Source: a bacterium (GTDB lineage Bacteria; Hinthialibacterota; Hinthialibacteria; Hinthialibacterales; Hinthialibacteraceae). Taken from it: DNA of 64,000 bases. Within the stretch, counting starts at the first letter, position 1, and each line of letters begins with the position of its first letter. A program made the position numbers and the translations under genes. Of this stretch, positions 52,890 to 63,937 are shown piece after piece. The DNA lies in contig CAXXSM010000073.1 of assembly GCA_963663405.2 (NCBI GenBank), positions 32,001 to 96,000 of the forward strand, given 5' to 3'. The notes below the pieces were generated by a model that searched no databases, was not told the origin of the DNA, and saw nothing but the letters and a program-made list of their open reading frames with translations.

Positions 52890-53633
52890 ATGGCGATTCT
52901 TGAAGCAAGACAATTAAACAAAGATTACGGTTCCAAAACAGTCGTAAGCAATGTCTCCATCAATGTGGACCGCCGGGAGATCGTAGGTCTTCTTGGACCC
53001 AATGGGGCGGGAAAGACGACGACGTTCCGGATGATTATGGGAATCGTGAAACCAAAATCCGGCGAGATTTTCCTCGATGGACGGGACGTAACCACGTGGC
53101 CTCTTTCCCAGCGCGCGCGGAAAGGAGTTGGCTATCTTTCGCAGGAACCATCCATTTTCCGCCGTCTGACAGTCGAGCAGAATATTCTGGTAATTCTGGA
53201 AAATATGCCGATGAGCGCCAAAGAGCGTAAGGAATACTGTCACAAACTGCTCGGTGAATCTGAACTCACCCACCTCATAGGACGCCGGGCCGAAACGTTG
53301 TCGGGTGGTGAAAAGCGGCGGTTGGAAATCTGCCGCGCATTGGCGTCAAGGCCACGAATCATTTTACTGGATGAACCGTTTTCCGGAGTCGATCCAATCG
53401 CTGTGTCTGAATTGCAAGAAATAATTCTCCAAATGAAACAGCGCAATATCGGCGTCTTAATCACCGATCACAGCGTGCGGGAAACCTTGGAAGTGACAGA
53501 CCGGGCGTACATCATGCACGAAGGCTTAATTCTCACCCAAGGACCGGCGGAAACGCTCATCAACGATCCCATCGTTCGTGAAACCTATCTTGGCGAAAAA
53601 TTCTACTACCGCGCTGAATCGAAGCCTTTGTAG
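52890..53633 (+). CDS. lptB: LPS export ABC ATPase LptB
   Basis: GLLGPNGAGKTT, YL.QEPSIFRRLTV, LSGGEKRRLEI.RALA, LDEPFSGVDPIAV, ITDHSVRETL, YLGE. Confidence 0.92.
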   Translation: MAILEARQLNKDYGSKTVVSNVSINVDRREIVGLLGPNGAGKTTTFRMIMGIVKPKSGEIFLDGRDVTTWPLSQRARKGVGYLSQEPSIFRRLTVEQNILVILENMPMSAKERKEYCHKLLGESELTHLIGRRAETLSGGEKRRLEICRALASRPRIILLDEPFSGVDPIAVSELQEIILQMKQRNIGVLITDHSVRETLEVTDRAYIMHEGLILTQGPAETLINDPIVRETYLGEKFYYRAESKPL

Positions 53634-53638
53634 TATCA

Positions 53639-56600
53639 TCATTTCATTTCGGTTGGGTTGTCATCGTTTGTGTCCAGGGCTTCCCGAACCGCCCGGATCA
53701 TGTCCACCGTTTGATAGGGTTTAGAGAGATACCCCACTGCGCCGAGTTGGATTAGAGATTCCTTGATACTATCTTCCGCGTAACCGCTGCTAATAATGAC
53801 TTTGACCTCAGGAGACATCGACATGAGCTGCTCTAACACTTCACGGCCAGACATTTGAGGCATGGACAGGTCGAGTATAATCAGGTCGATTCGATCGCGC
53901 TCTTTCAGATAGATGTCAATCGACTCCTTCCCATCATTGGCAAGCAGGATATTGTAACCATACTGTTCCAAAATCGTTTGCGCGAATTCACGAATCAGCT
54001 GCTCGTCATCGACGAGGAGAATGGTTTCGGAACCACCGGTGATCTCCTCAGCACGCTTACTTGGTTTCTTTATCGATTCCTGTTTCGTAACGGGAAAGTA
54101 AATCTTAAATGTCGTTCCTTTACCCGCTTCACTATATACGTTTATCCAACCGCCGTGTTGTTTGACGATTCCGTAGACGCTGGCTAGACCGAGTCCTGTG
54201 CCTTCCCCGATTTCTTTCGTCGTAAAAAAAGGTTCAAAGATTCGGCGTTGTGTCTCCTCATCCATACCCATCCCATTATCCGTGACGCTGACAACAACAA
54301 ACCGTCCCGGTTTCGCGAAGGAATAGTGTTCGCAGTAGTTCTGATCGATGACGGCGCCTTTGGTTTCCATGGATATCACAAACCGGTCGCCCCGGCGTTC
54401 AGGCGCGATTCTCCCATTCATCACTTCATTAATGGCGTCCCGCGCATTCACACAGATATTCATCAGAACCGAATTTACCTGCGCGGAGTCCACACGGACA
54501 AGGGGAAGATTCTCTTCCGTATGAACGCTTATCTCAATGCGCCGGTCGATGGTCTGCCGCGCAAGGTGGGATACTTCTGTGAGGACATCGTTTAAATTCA
54601 CGGTTTTCAGATCAACATTTGTTTTCCGGCTGAAGGCAAGAAGTTGGCGGATCAAGTTGGCGGCGCGGTCGGCGGCGTTTTGAGCGTTTTGTAGAAACTG
54701 GCATGTTTCCCCGGATTTTTGGTGTTTTGCAAGGGTAATGTTGCCCAAAATTACAGTTAATAGATTGTTGAAATCATGCGCGATCCCTCCCGCCAGTTGT
54801 CCGACCGCTTCCATCTTTTGGGCCTGACGAAGTTGGTTTTCCAAATGTCTGCGTTCGGTTAGATCAAGGAAAGTGCCCAATGTCCCTAACAGTTCACCCG
54901 TGGTTGATAAAAGGGGAGATCCACAAACGAGCACATCGAGTTGTTTCCCATTTTTACCGATGATATTGACTTCGTATGTAGACGCGGATCCTTGTAAACG
55001 CTTCTGATGATGTTGTGCGATTGTATGAAGACTTTCTGGAGTGAAAAATGATTTCCATGACACGCCCGTCAGTTCATTAGCATTTTCTATTTCAAGCATA
55101 CTACACATGGATGGATTCACATAGATCGTTTGACCTTCCGCATCGCATTGCCAGACGCCGATTGGAGTATTATCAACAAGTGTTCGGAAGCGATTTTCAC
55201 TTTCGCGCAGCGCGTTCTCGGCTTGTTTACGTTCAGTGATGTCTTGAAGAATGCCTAGGGATCCAATGTTGTCGCCTTGATCATCCTGCACTTGTACGGC
55301 GGCGTTGGCGACCCATCGTTCTTCTCCCGTGCGTGTTTCAATTCGATAATCCGCCCGCCAGCTGATTCCTTCTCCTTTTCTCGCGGCTTGGATCGCTTCC
55401 TCATGGGATAAATTCGACAATTTGCCTAATAAGACCACTTCTCTCGTTATACAATCCCAAATGCCACAATTAAATCCATCCGCTGGATATCCAGTCATCT
55501 GTTCGATGCCTGGGCCGACAAATTCATAACTCCCGGTTTTATAATTCTGGTAGTAGGGAACGGCGCCCGCCACTTCAATTGCTGAGCGATACAGTTGTTC
55601 GCTCTCTTCCAGCGCTGTTTCCACTTGTTTTTGTTCTGTGATATCACGGGCCATCGAGAAAATTAAATTGTCTTTGATGATGGGAAAGGAATTCCACGAA
55701 AGCCACCGGTAGACGCCATCATGGCGCCGGTAGCGGTTCACAAGCGATAGAACAGGATTTCCTGCGTGTAACCGCTTTGTAGTTTGGATTGTAATTGCCC
55801 GGTCTTTAGGATGAATGAAATCAAACCAAGATTTATCTAACAACTGGTGTCCGGTCCATCCAAGGAACCGGATACAAGCGTCATTCGCTTGTTTGAAAGA
55901 GCCGTCTAATCCTGTGACACACATGATGTCCACTGACAAATTAAACATCCGGTCCCGTTCTTCTTTGGCCGCGGCGGCGTTAACGACGGTATTGGCGATG
56001 GAGAATGTCATCAACATAATAAAGGCCATGAACGAATATTCGAGAAGATAGATAAACGAATAGAAACCGGAATTTACAGCCATATCGTTGATGGCGCTCG
56101 CAAATACGCAGGTTGTTGCAAATACGAATAGCGCTACTTTTTTTTGATTTTTATTTTGAAAAGAGCGCACGCCTATCCATAAGGAGTAGAGGATGAAGCC
56201 GAAAGAGACGTATTCTTGAATATAGATAAATGGGCCAGGGGTGATTTCGTAATACGTGATCTGATAGTAGAAGGGGAACGTGATCGTTTTAACCAGGGGT
56301 TGATCGGTTAACCAGACAACGCCAGACCGGTCTAACGCTCCAAACACAGCCGCAAAGAGGAAAAACGCCGAAAAACTATAAATCCAATTTCTTCCAGAAA
56401 ATCCTGTATAGTCGACGACAAACCAAAGAAGCGCAATACTGGCCAGAGCGAGAACCACCATCTGGCCACGCTGCCACCACATTCCTTCCTGTGGAGAGTT
56501 TGCGCTATACAGACCTGTGCAAAACAACGCATACATTCCTACGCAAATACAGGACAATGCAAAGGTCAGATTCTCACGATGTTGGGGGCGTTTTAAATAG

Positions 56601-56674
56601 ATGAGAAGGTGAAACACACTGACGTAAAAAATGACGCTGGAGAGCACAATAGGAGGAATTAATAGGCTATTCAT
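53639..56674 (-). CDS. Hybrid sensor histidine kinase (N-terminal multi-TM, 3 PAS, HisKA, HATPase, REC; CckA-like)
   Basis: [60 protein letters not shown]. Confidence 0.93.
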   Translation of the reverse strand: MNSLLIPPIVLSSVIFYVSVFHLLIYLKRPQHRENLTFALSCICVGMYALFCTGLYSANSPQEGMWWQRGQMVVLALASIALLWFVVDYTGFSGRNWIYSFSAFFLFAAVFGALDRSGVVWLTDQPLVKTITFPFYYQITYYEITPGPFIYIQEYVSFGFILYSLWIGVRSFQNKNQKKVALFVFATTCVFASAINDMAVNSGFYSFIYLLEYSFMAFIMLMTFSIANTVVNAAAAKEERDRMFNLSVDIMCVTGLDGSFKQANDACIRFLGWTGHQLLDKSWFDFIHPKDRAITIQTTKRLHAGNPVLSLVNRYRRHDGVYRWLSWNSFPIIKDNLIFSMARDITEQKQVETALEESEQLYRSAIEVAGAVPYYQNYKTGSYEFVGPGIEQMTGYPADGFNCGIWDCITREVVLLGKLSNLSHEEAIQAARKGEGISWRADYRIETRTGEERWVANAAVQVQDDQGDNIGSLGILQDITERKQAENALRESENRFRTLVDNTPIGVWQCDAEGQTIYVNPSMCSMLEIENANELTGVSWKSFFTPESLHTIAQHHQKRLQGSASTYEVNIIGKNGKQLDVLVCGSPLLSTTGELLGTLGTFLDLTERRHLENQLRQAQKMEAVGQLAGGIAHDFNNLLTVILGNITLAKHQKSGETCQFLQNAQNAADRAANLIRQLLAFSRKTNVDLKTVNLNDVLTEVSHLARQTIDRRIEISVHTEENLPLVRVDSAQVNSVLMNICVNARDAINEVMNGRIAPERRGDRFVISMETKGAVIDQNYCEHYSFAKPGRFVVVSVTDNGMGMDEETQRRIFEPFFTTKEIGEGTGLGLASVYGIVKQHGGWINVYSEAGKGTTFKIYFPVTKQESIKKPSKRAEEITGGSETILLVDDEQLIREFAQTILEQYGYNILLANDGKESIDIYLKERDRIDLIILDLSMPQMSGREVLEQLMSMSPEVKVIISSGYAEDSIKESLIQLGAVGYLSKPYQTVDMIRAVREALDTNDDNPTEMK

Positions 56675-56917
56675 TTTTCACTTTTCTCCGATTCCGGTTT
56701 GTGATTCACCTGAACCGGTAGCATTCTTCTCCTATCTATTATAAAGTAGATTGATTCAATCATGTAAAAAAATGTGTATCCGGGGTCAGTTTTTTTAGAA
56801 GATCGGAAAGGATTGAATCCAGTTTACTGATGTAGGTGAAAAGTATTAATTAAACATTATATTTCGCGTTGCTGATTCTGTCCATTGGCGCCGCGATTCA
56901 ATTTTGGAGAACAAACC

Positions 56918-58357
56918 ATGAAACGCCGGGAATTTATACGCACATTAGGAGCGGGCGCGGCGGCGGTTTCGGCGCCGGTGTTGAGTAATTATTCGAACGC
57001 GGAGTCGAAAAAACCCAATTTCCTGTTTCTTTTTACCGATGACCAGACATTTCGATCAATCGGTTCTTTGAATAATCCAGCGGTGAAAACACCGAATTTA
57101 GACCGGCTCGTTTCCCGTGGAGTCACTTTTACGCATACATTCAACCAAGGCTCCTGGTCAGGCGCGGTCTGTATCTGCAGCCGAGCGATGTTGAATACAG
57201 GGATGTATATCTATCACGCCCGGCAGGGCATCGGCGGAAAAGATGGCCCACGCGTTCCTCTCTGGGGAGAGACACTCGGCGCCGCGGGCTATGAGACATT
57301 TATGACGGGAAAATGGCATAATGGCGACCCAGCGTTGCGGAAGAGTTTCAAAACGGTTGGCCCGTATGGAGGCGGAATGCTTCCATCAACGGATATGGAT
57401 GGGGACGCCTATAACCGCCCGGCGCCCGGTAATCATTGGAGTCCTTTTGACACATCGCGCAAAGGCCATTGGCGTGAACAAGACGATGGCCGTGTGATTC
57501 ATAGCAGCCGGTTGTGGGCGGACGCGGCTATAGAATATTTAAAAAAACGAAAGAAGGGCCAGACGAATCCCTTTTTTATGTATGTCGCGTTTCACGCGCC
57601 CCACGATCCGCGTCAATCCCCTAAGAAATATGTGGATATGTATCCATTGGACTCGATTGAGATTCCACCCAACTTCATGCCGGAACATCTTTTCGAACAA
57701 GGCGAACGGTATACGTTGCGGGATGAGAGATTGGCCCCGTTCCCCCGTTCGAAGGAGGCGGTCAAAGTCCACCTGCAGGAATACTATGCCATCATCAGCC
57801 ACGCTGACGCGCAGATCGGCCGGATTCTCGACGCGTTGGAAAAAACCGGTGAGGCGGATAATACCTACATCCTCTTTTCAGCGGATCATGGACTCGCGGT
57901 CGGTCAGCATGGTCTCATGGGAAAACAGAATCAATACGATCACAGCGTTCGGATGCCGTTGATTATAAGCGGGCCAGGATTGGAGCCAGGGAAAACTATA
58001 GATTCTCTCGTGTATCTCCATAGTCTCTATGCGACAACTTGTGAACTGGCTGGGATTGAAATTCCCGAAAGTGTAGAATTTCCCAGCTTAATGCCTTTAT
58101 TGCGTGGTGAAAAGAAAACTCTTCACCATGAAATCTTCGGTTCGTATAAAGATTTCCAACGGATGGTCCGCACGGAAGAATTCAAATTAATCCGCTATCC
58201 CCAGGAATATCGAACACAGTTGTTTAATGTAAAAGAAGATCCTTGGGAAATCAAAAATCTCGCCCATGATCCAAAATACGCGGACACAATCGCGGATCTC
58301 AATCAACGTTTGAAACGGTTGCAAAAGAAAGTGGGGGATGAATTGGCGTTGGATTGA
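56918..58357 (+). CDS. Tat-exported Cys-type sulfatase
   Basis: MKRREF; PNFLFLFTDDQ, CICSRAMLNTG, GKWH, APHDP, ADHG...GKQN. Confidence 0.92.
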   Translation: MKRREFIRTLGAGAAAVSAPVLSNYSNAESKKPNFLFLFTDDQTFRSIGSLNNPAVKTPNLDRLVSRGVTFTHTFNQGSWSGAVCICSRAMLNTGMYIYHARQGIGGKDGPRVPLWGETLGAAGYETFMTGKWHNGDPALRKSFKTVGPYGGGMLPSTDMDGDAYNRPAPGNHWSPFDTSRKGHWREQDDGRVIHSSRLWADAAIEYLKKRKKGQTNPFFMYVAFHAPHDPRQSPKKYVDMYPLDSIEIPPNFMPEHLFEQGERYTLRDERLAPFPRSKEAVKVHLQEYYAIISHADAQIGRILDALEKTGEADNTYILFSADHGLAVGQHGLMGKQNQYDHSVRMPLIISGPGLEPGKTIDSLVYLHSLYATTCELAGIEIPESVEFPSLMPLLRGEKKTLHHEIFGSYKDFQRMVRTEEFKLIRYPQEYRTQLFNVKEDPWEIKNLAHDPKYADTIADLNQRLKRLQKKVGDELALD

Positions 58358-58567
58358 GGAGGGGGAATTGTTTCCGCAATATGAAATGAAAAATGTACCC
58401 ATCGATATAGATTGAAAATATCTTGCAATCTAATTTAATCGAGATTCTTATCTTGCAACTTCTTTTTGCCGCCTCACAGAATTGAATAAAACATTATGCT
58501 TCATTCTCAATTCTTTCTTGTTAACTTCTTCATCTGAAATAAAAATCAATCAATAGGAGCGCATATC

Positions 58568-59992
58568 ATGAGCAAACATAGACGGCGTGAGTTTTTAGGA
58601 TTCACGGCATTGGGAACAAGCGCAACGATAATATCAAACATAGCTTTAGCGGAACAACACGCAAATCAAAAACAACATGATTCAATGACATTTGTAGAAC
58701 CATCCCGGACAATCCCTGTTCAAGGTGATTATGATGTGATTGTTTGTGGAGGTGGTCCCGCGGGAATCGCCGCCGCTGTATCCGCCGCTCGAACCGGCGC
58801 CCGCACACTGCTGATCGAATTGGGAGGGTGTCTTGGAGGCGTTTGGACTTCAGGATTGTTAACATTTATTTTCGATTTTGATAAACCCGGATTAACGGAT
58901 GAAATCAAAAAAAGATTAGAACGCTTACACGCCAAACGAAATAAAGCATCAGATAAGTTTGTGTACGCGCCGGAACCGATGAAATTGTTGCTGGAGAATC
59001 TTTGTATGGAAACAGGCGTTGAATTCCTGCTGCATACCCGTGTTACAGCCGCCTATTTAGAAAACCAACGGGTAACAACGATTGTCACTGAATCTAAATC
59101 CGGCCGGGAAGCGTGGAGAGCGAAAGTATTCATTGATACGACCGGGGATGGGGATCTCGGCGCGCTTGCGGGGAATGGTTGGGATATTGGGCATGGAGGA
59201 GCGTCATGTCCTTGTCAACCGATGACCTTAAATGCGCTCGCTGTCGTTAAAGACATTGAAGCTCTTAGGGAATACTTGTCATTTTACGAGACGGCGGGAA
59301 CCAATATGAAAGCGCATGTTCCGGCTACTCAAGCGTTTAAGAAAGTGATCAAAGAAACGGGGATCAATCCTTCGTATGGACACCCGACACTGTTTCCCAT
59401 CAAAGATAATTTAGTGCTGTTAATGGCGAATCATGAATATAATGTTAGGGCGTTTGACGCGAAAGAAATCACAAAAGCGACCGTTAACGCGCGGGCGGAA
59501 ATTCATGCCATCGCCTGGGAACTGAACAAATTAGGAGGGCCTTGGGAAGGATTTCAACTCGCCGCCACCGCGGATCAAATCGGTGTCCGGGATGGACGAA
59601 GATTACATGGCCGTTATACCGTGACAAAAGAGGATCTGGTTTCTGGAGCGAGATTCAAAGACGCGATTACCCGTCCCACATTTGGAGTTGATATTCATGC
59701 TCCAGACCAGGAAACGAATGATAAACAACCCATCTCGCGGGGAGGAATCACGATGAAACCCTATGACATCCCCTTGAGAGCGCTGATTGCGAAAGATGTA
59801 GATGGATTGATGATGGCCGGCCGTTGTATCAGTGGAGATTTTATCGCTCATGCAAGTTATCGTGTAACTGGAAACGCCGTCGCCATGGGAGAAGCCGCAG
59901 GAGCCGTCGCCGCGATCGCCTCACAAAGTAACCGGATGCCCCATGAAGTGGAATGGGAAGAAGCGAGTGAAGTATTAAGTAGTTTTCGGTAA
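58568..59992 (+). CDS. Tat-exported FAD-dependent oxidoreductase (FAD_oxidored family)
   Basis: RRREFL; DVIVCGGGPAG, FIDTTGDGDL, YDIPLRALI, AGRCISGD, RV...A.AMGEAAG. Confidence 0.9.
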   Translation: MSKHRRREFLGFTALGTSATIISNIALAEQHANQKQHDSMTFVEPSRTIPVQGDYDVIVCGGGPAGIAAAVSAARTGARTLLIELGGCLGGVWTSGLLTFIFDFDKPGLTDEIKKRLERLHAKRNKASDKFVYAPEPMKLLLENLCMETGVEFLLHTRVTAAYLENQRVTTIVTESKSGREAWRAKVFIDTTGDGDLGALAGNGWDIGHGGASCPCQPMTLNALAVVKDIEALREYLSFYETAGTNMKAHVPATQAFKKVIKETGINPSYGHPTLFPIKDNLVLLMANHEYNVRAFDAKEITKATVNARAEIHAIAWELNKLGGPWEGFQLAATADQIGVRDGRRLHGRYTVTKEDLVSGARFKDAITRPTFGVDIHAPDQETNDKQPISRGGITMKPYDIPLRALIAKDVDGLMMAGRCISGDFIAHASYRVTGNAVAMGEAAGAVAAIASQSNRMPHEVEWEEASEVLSSFR

Positions 59993-60116
59993 TCTCTACT
60001 GTAAACTGTTACCTGATCGTGCTGAGTTTCCTATACAAATAGATGTCAAAGATGAATCGGTGTTGGATTGAGGATGGGGGGATGTTTCAGGACGGATGGA
60101 AAAGGACTATAGTATT

Positions 60117-60539
60117 CTATAAGTCATCGCGTTTCATTAACACAGAAAAACCTTCTTGCTCGAAATGGTGGTCATTTGTCAGCGCTTCCGCGATTGACTC
60201 GGATTCCATGACATTCATGGAAATGCAGTCTTGCAGGCTGTATTGTTTGTCTTTTCACGCTTCATAACGAGTTAATCCCTTTAGAAAAGAATCACGGGAT
60301 TGCGGAATGACTTTTATATTTGGATTCGAAAGAATCGCACGCACAGTCTTGACAGCGCGGTGACGTAATTCGGGTCCACACTTAGATAGCGCCGCAAGAA
60401 ATTCAGTCAACACTTCATCCGTTGTCACAAGCCATACGTGTCCCAATTGTTCGCGCGCTCTTTTCGCTGGCTCATTCCATTGGTCTCTCGGTAATAGAAT
60501 TGCAATCCAATATACAGTATCGACAAAAACGGTTTTCAT
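60117..60539 (-). pseudogene. VapC/PIN toxin with an internal in-frame TGA at 60255-60257
   Basis: VFVDT.YW, TTDEVLTEF; the same frame continues after the stop as KDKQYSLQDCISM...ALTNDHHFEQEGF to TAG at 60117. Confidence 0.85.
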
Positions 60540-61450
60540 GCGTCCGTCTTTCCATATAAGTAATAATCGAGTTTATCTGTAAGGTCTTGTGGGAGGTTGT
60601 CCCACTCTTCATCGGGGACATCTTTAAATATGTCCGTAATCACATCCTCAATGGCTGGCGTGCTTGTGTCGAAAACTGGCTCATCATTTCGAACGAGATA
60701 AAGATGGTTAACGCTGATGATGCGTTTTAACGTCCCGTGCAGATCCAGTTCACCACGGCCTTTTATTCTTAGGCGGACTTCCTTATGATCTTTCAGCGCT
60801 GTCGTTACTTCGGATTCTTCTTCTTCCGAGAACGAAACTTGCACACTCGTCCCTTCATCTAACCAAATCTGAAATTTCCTATTCCGCACATCGGCTTCCA
60901 GAACATGTCCTATGATATCTACTTCATCCTCATATGGCAGTTGGATTAAAGTGGATAATCGTTCCCGCTCGCATGTAGTTACACGAGTGGCGCTTTTCCC
61001 TGGCGGTGTGAATTCCAACTCCTCATCCCCGGAAAGACCCTGTCCCCACCGCGCGTATTCGGGCAGGAGTTCCTTTGGGAATTCATTTGGCAGTGGCTTA
61101 TTCTCGTGAACCGCTGTAAATGTACGATGGACTAAATCGATCGCCTCATTGGCCTCAACCGGTTCTGGTTCCCAGAATTCGCGTTGCGCAGGTTCCTCAA
61201 TGTATACTTCGAGTGGAACAGTGGCGCTGCCTTCCTCGATCTTGCGGAGGCATAGGCGTGTGCGGTCTTCGAAATGTTTTGGCAATCGATCCCGGTTAGG
61301 ATTTGCCTTTCGCCACAGGGCTTTAGCGGTTTCAGCGACCATCTTCTGAAATTGTTGAAGTTCGTTAAGGGCAGTAAGATCAAGGGCATGGTCACGGAAA
61401 CGATCGCCTTTGAAATGAAGCCTTACAACTTCCTTCCATAGTCCAGGCAT
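60536..61450 (-). CDS. Unknown ~270-aa domain fused to a C-terminal VapB-like antitoxin motif
   Basis: AGGAG RBS before MPGLWK; ends DVPDEEWDNLPQDLTDKLDYYLYG; ATGA overlap with the PIN gene. Confidence 0.7.
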   Translation of the reverse strand: MPGLWKEVVRLHFKGDRFRDHALDLTALNELQQFQKMVAETAKALWRKANPNRDRLPKHFEDRTRLCLRKIEEGSATVPLEVYIEEPAQREFWEPEPVEANEAIDLVHRTFTAVHENKPLPNEFPKELLPEYARWGQGLSGDEELEFTPPGKSATRVTTCERERLSTLIQLPYEDEVDIIGHVLEADVRNRKFQIWLDEGTSVQVSFSEEEESEVTTALKDHKEVRLRIKGRGELDLHGTLKRIISVNHLYLVRNDEPVFDTSTPAIEDVITDIFKDVPDEEWDNLPQDLTDKLDYYLYGKTDA

Positions 61451-61647
61451 CGCTTTATCTCCTAACAATCTGATTCTCAAGGTTCAGGCTGTTATCAGGA
61501 AAAACTGAAATCATGTTTTTCTTTTTACTTTTATAATAATTCTAAAATGGAAAAACAGAATGCTATTTATCTATCATAGAAAACCTGTTTCTACAAGTGA
61601 GAGTTCTAATAATTCTAATTGACCGCTTCAATAGATAGTCTATTGAT

Positions 61648-62379
61648 TCAGGAGATCCGTTTCAGAAAAAACTTAAGCAGAGCATATAGCAAAGCAATAT
61701 GATACACTGTTCCAACAACTAAAAACAGCCAGAAATTCGAACCATTATCAGACAGAATCCAAAACGCTTTCATGGGCCAATAAATAGGAATTACGCCGGT
61801 TAAAAGCTGCCATCCAAATGGCAGGAAATAGGCCGGGACAGGTAGAAACAAAAGCCCGCCGTATCCTTTAATCAAAGCGAATCCCTGCACTTTGTTTGTG
61901 CATAGAACATTCATCAGCAGTGTCGTTATCGGCGCGCCCAAGGAGACGACGATTGCAATGGCAAACAGTGGCAGGATCGCTACCTGAATCAAATTTGTCA
62001 CTTCGACCATTACAACCGTCATGATAATACTTAGGATGAAAGGGATGGCGCCTCGATAGAACAAGTAAAAAGGGAAGGGCAATGGCGTTACCCGCAGCGC
62101 CGTCAATGTTTGATCGTCCCGTTCGTCCAGCAGCAGAAATCCAATCACGCTCCCATACAAAAGTGAAGGTATCATAACGCACATATAGCTGACAATCAAA
62201 TGGTAGTAGAGGGTTAAATCCACGTACGGTTCCAACCATACTGTCAATGGAGGAATTGCCCATCGCAACACCAGCGCGTAAAAGACCGGCAGCCAGATCA
62301 TCCATATTAGGAGCGAGTCGCGTTGAACTAACTTGTAATCGTTTACACATAATGTATAAAACCAGGCTCCTGCTTTCAT
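61648..62379 (-). CDS. ABC exporter permease (fluoroquinolone-export Rv2686c-like)
   Basis: GFLLLDERDDQTL.ALRVTP, NKVQGFA..K, P.YWP. Confidence 0.8.
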   Translation of the reverse strand: MKAGAWFYTLCVNDYKLVQRDSLLIWMIWLPVFYALVLRWAIPPLTVWLEPYVDLTLYYHLIVSYMCVMIPSLLYGSVIGFLLLDERDDQTLTALRVTPLPFPFYLFYRGAIPFILSIIMTVVMVEVTNLIQVAILPLFAIAIVVSLGAPITTLLMNVLCTNKVQGFALIKGYGGLLFLPVPAYFLPFGWQLLTGVIPIYWPMKAFWILSDNGSNFWLFLVVGTVYHIALLYALLKFFLKRIS

Positions 62380-63086
62380 CGTAGATCCCCCTCCTTGCGA
62401 ATGATAAATCGATGGAAGCAGGTGTAGGCCCACCACCAGCCGATCCCGCTCCAGAGGATGGAATAACTAATCGCGTAAAGCCATATCCATGTGGCGGCCG
62501 GTTCGAAAGCGCCGCGTATCAGCAATAGCGGCGCTTGGGTGGGGATCAGGTAGAAGAGCCAATGGTTTAGGATGCCAAGATAATCAATAATGGGCAATTG
62601 CAGCGCCATCGTTACGAGAACCGACGGCATTAGAAAATCCGTAATGGAGTTGTAGCGGGTTACGAGGATAAATCCAGCGAACGAGTAATGGATTGACATA
62701 AACATGATACCAGTCAACAAAGAGAGCCAGTTGAAATCGAATCCATACGTGATCAGAAGAACGGATATATTTTCCAGCATGACCAAGAGTGTCATGGTCA
62801 CGAGTTTTGAAATTAGATATTCCGAAGGGCGGAGTGGAGTCACGACGATTCCTTCGAGTGTGCCTTCCCGCTTCTCCAACAGCGCCATGCCCGCGAAGAG
62901 ATAGAATGTGCCGCTGCCCATTGTCGCCAGTAGGAGAGGGGGAATCGCATACGCCACCCATTCACGGGCGAAGAACAACCGGAGCCAAAACGCCGTGAAG
63001 GCCGCGATCACCAGCGCGGCGAAATAAAAGCCATTGCGGTACTGGAGCGTGATATCCAGCCGGAAAGTCGCGAGAAGCCGGTTCAT
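62376..63086 (-). CDS. ABC exporter permease (Rv2687c-like)
   Basis: D..LQYRNGFY, LLEK.EGTL....VTPL...EYL.SK. Confidence 0.8.
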   Translation of the reverse strand: MNRLLATFRLDITLQYRNGFYFAALVIAAFTAFWLRLFFAREWVAYAIPPLLLATMGSGTFYLFAGMALLEKREGTLEGIVVTPLRPSEYLISKLVTMTLLVMLENISVLLITYGFDFNWLSLLTGIMFMSIHYSFAGFILVTRYNSITDFLMPSVLVTMALQLPIIDYLGILNHWLFYLIPTQAPLLLIRGAFEPAATWIWLYAISYSILWSGIGWWWAYTCFHRFIIRKEGDLR

Positions 63087-63937
63087 TGGAGGCTCCTTCC
63101 CGTAACTTGGATGAAGATATTTTCGAGTGTGGTTTCCTGGGTGTGAATCGTTTCGATTTCCCGTTCGCGCAAGAGTTTGAGAAACGTCTCGTTCTCACCC
63201 AAGCTGGTTAATGGGAATTCCTGGCTTTCGGTTTGATGATCCAAACGATATTCAACGCGGATCGAGCGTTTCCCATATTGGAGTTTCAAATTGCGGGGAG
63301 AATCAATCAAGCGAATTTTCCCATCCACAAGAAACGCGACCCGGTCACAGAGCTCGTCCGCCGTGATCATTTCGTGGGTGGTCAGAAAAATTGTGACGCC
63401 TTCGTTTTTCTTTTGTTTGATGATCTCTTTAATGATTCGAGAGTTGACTGGATCGAGACCGGCGGTCGGTTCATCCAAGAAAAGCAACTCTGGATTGTGC
63501 AGAATCGAGCGGGCGAAGTTCAGCCGGATTTTCATCCCTTTCGAGAATTGGGAAACGCGGAGATCGATATCGGCTCCTAAATTCACTTGTTCCAGCAATT
63601 GTCGTGGATCGGCTGTTTTCCCATTGTAGAGGGATTGGAAGTAGAGTAGATTTTCGAGCGCAGTCAATTTTAAATAGTGGTTCGGGAATTCGAAACAGAC
63701 ACCGATTTTTTCATAATAATCGGACGGCCAGGTCTTGAGATCTTTGTCGAGTACTGTGATGGTTCCCAGGTACTCTTTCAACAGCCCAATCAGTATTTTC
63801 TGGGTCGTGCTTTTTCCAGCACCACTTGGACCGAGGAATCCAAGAATCTCTCCTTTGGCGATCTCGAAATCAAGGTCTTTTAACGTAGGCTGATTGCATC
63901 CGGGATAATGAAAACGCAATTGATTGACCTGTATCAC
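63083..63937 (-). CDS. ABC exporter ATP-binding protein (Rv2688c-like)
   Basis: GFLGPSGAGKSTTQK, FSKGMK, FLDEPTAGLDP, TTH, IHTQE.TLE.IF. Confidence 0.9.
   Translation of the reverse strand: MIQVNQLRFHYPGCNQPTLKDLDFEIAKGEILGFLGPSGAGKSTTQKILIGLLKEYLGTITVLDKDLKTWPSDYYEKIGVCFEFPNHYLKLTALENLLYFQSLYNGKTADPRQLLEQVNLGADIDLRVSQFSKGMKIRLNFARSILHNPELLFLDEPTAGLDPVNSRIIKEIIKQKKNEGVTIFLTTHEMITADELCDRVAFLVDGKIRLIDSPRNLKLQYGKRSIRVEYRLDHQTESQEFPLTSLGENETFLKLLREREIETIHTQETTLENIFIQVTGRSLQ

Noticed and set aside
60255-60257. Selenocysteine or recoded TGA in the PIN gene
   Set aside because: The position corresponds to Arg rather than Cys in the family, and TGA is used as a normal stop throughout the window
258-63883. 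Numerous short antisense or alternate-frame ORFs in the track
   Set aside because: They are shadows of well-supported genes, apart from those used to reconstruct frameshifted genes
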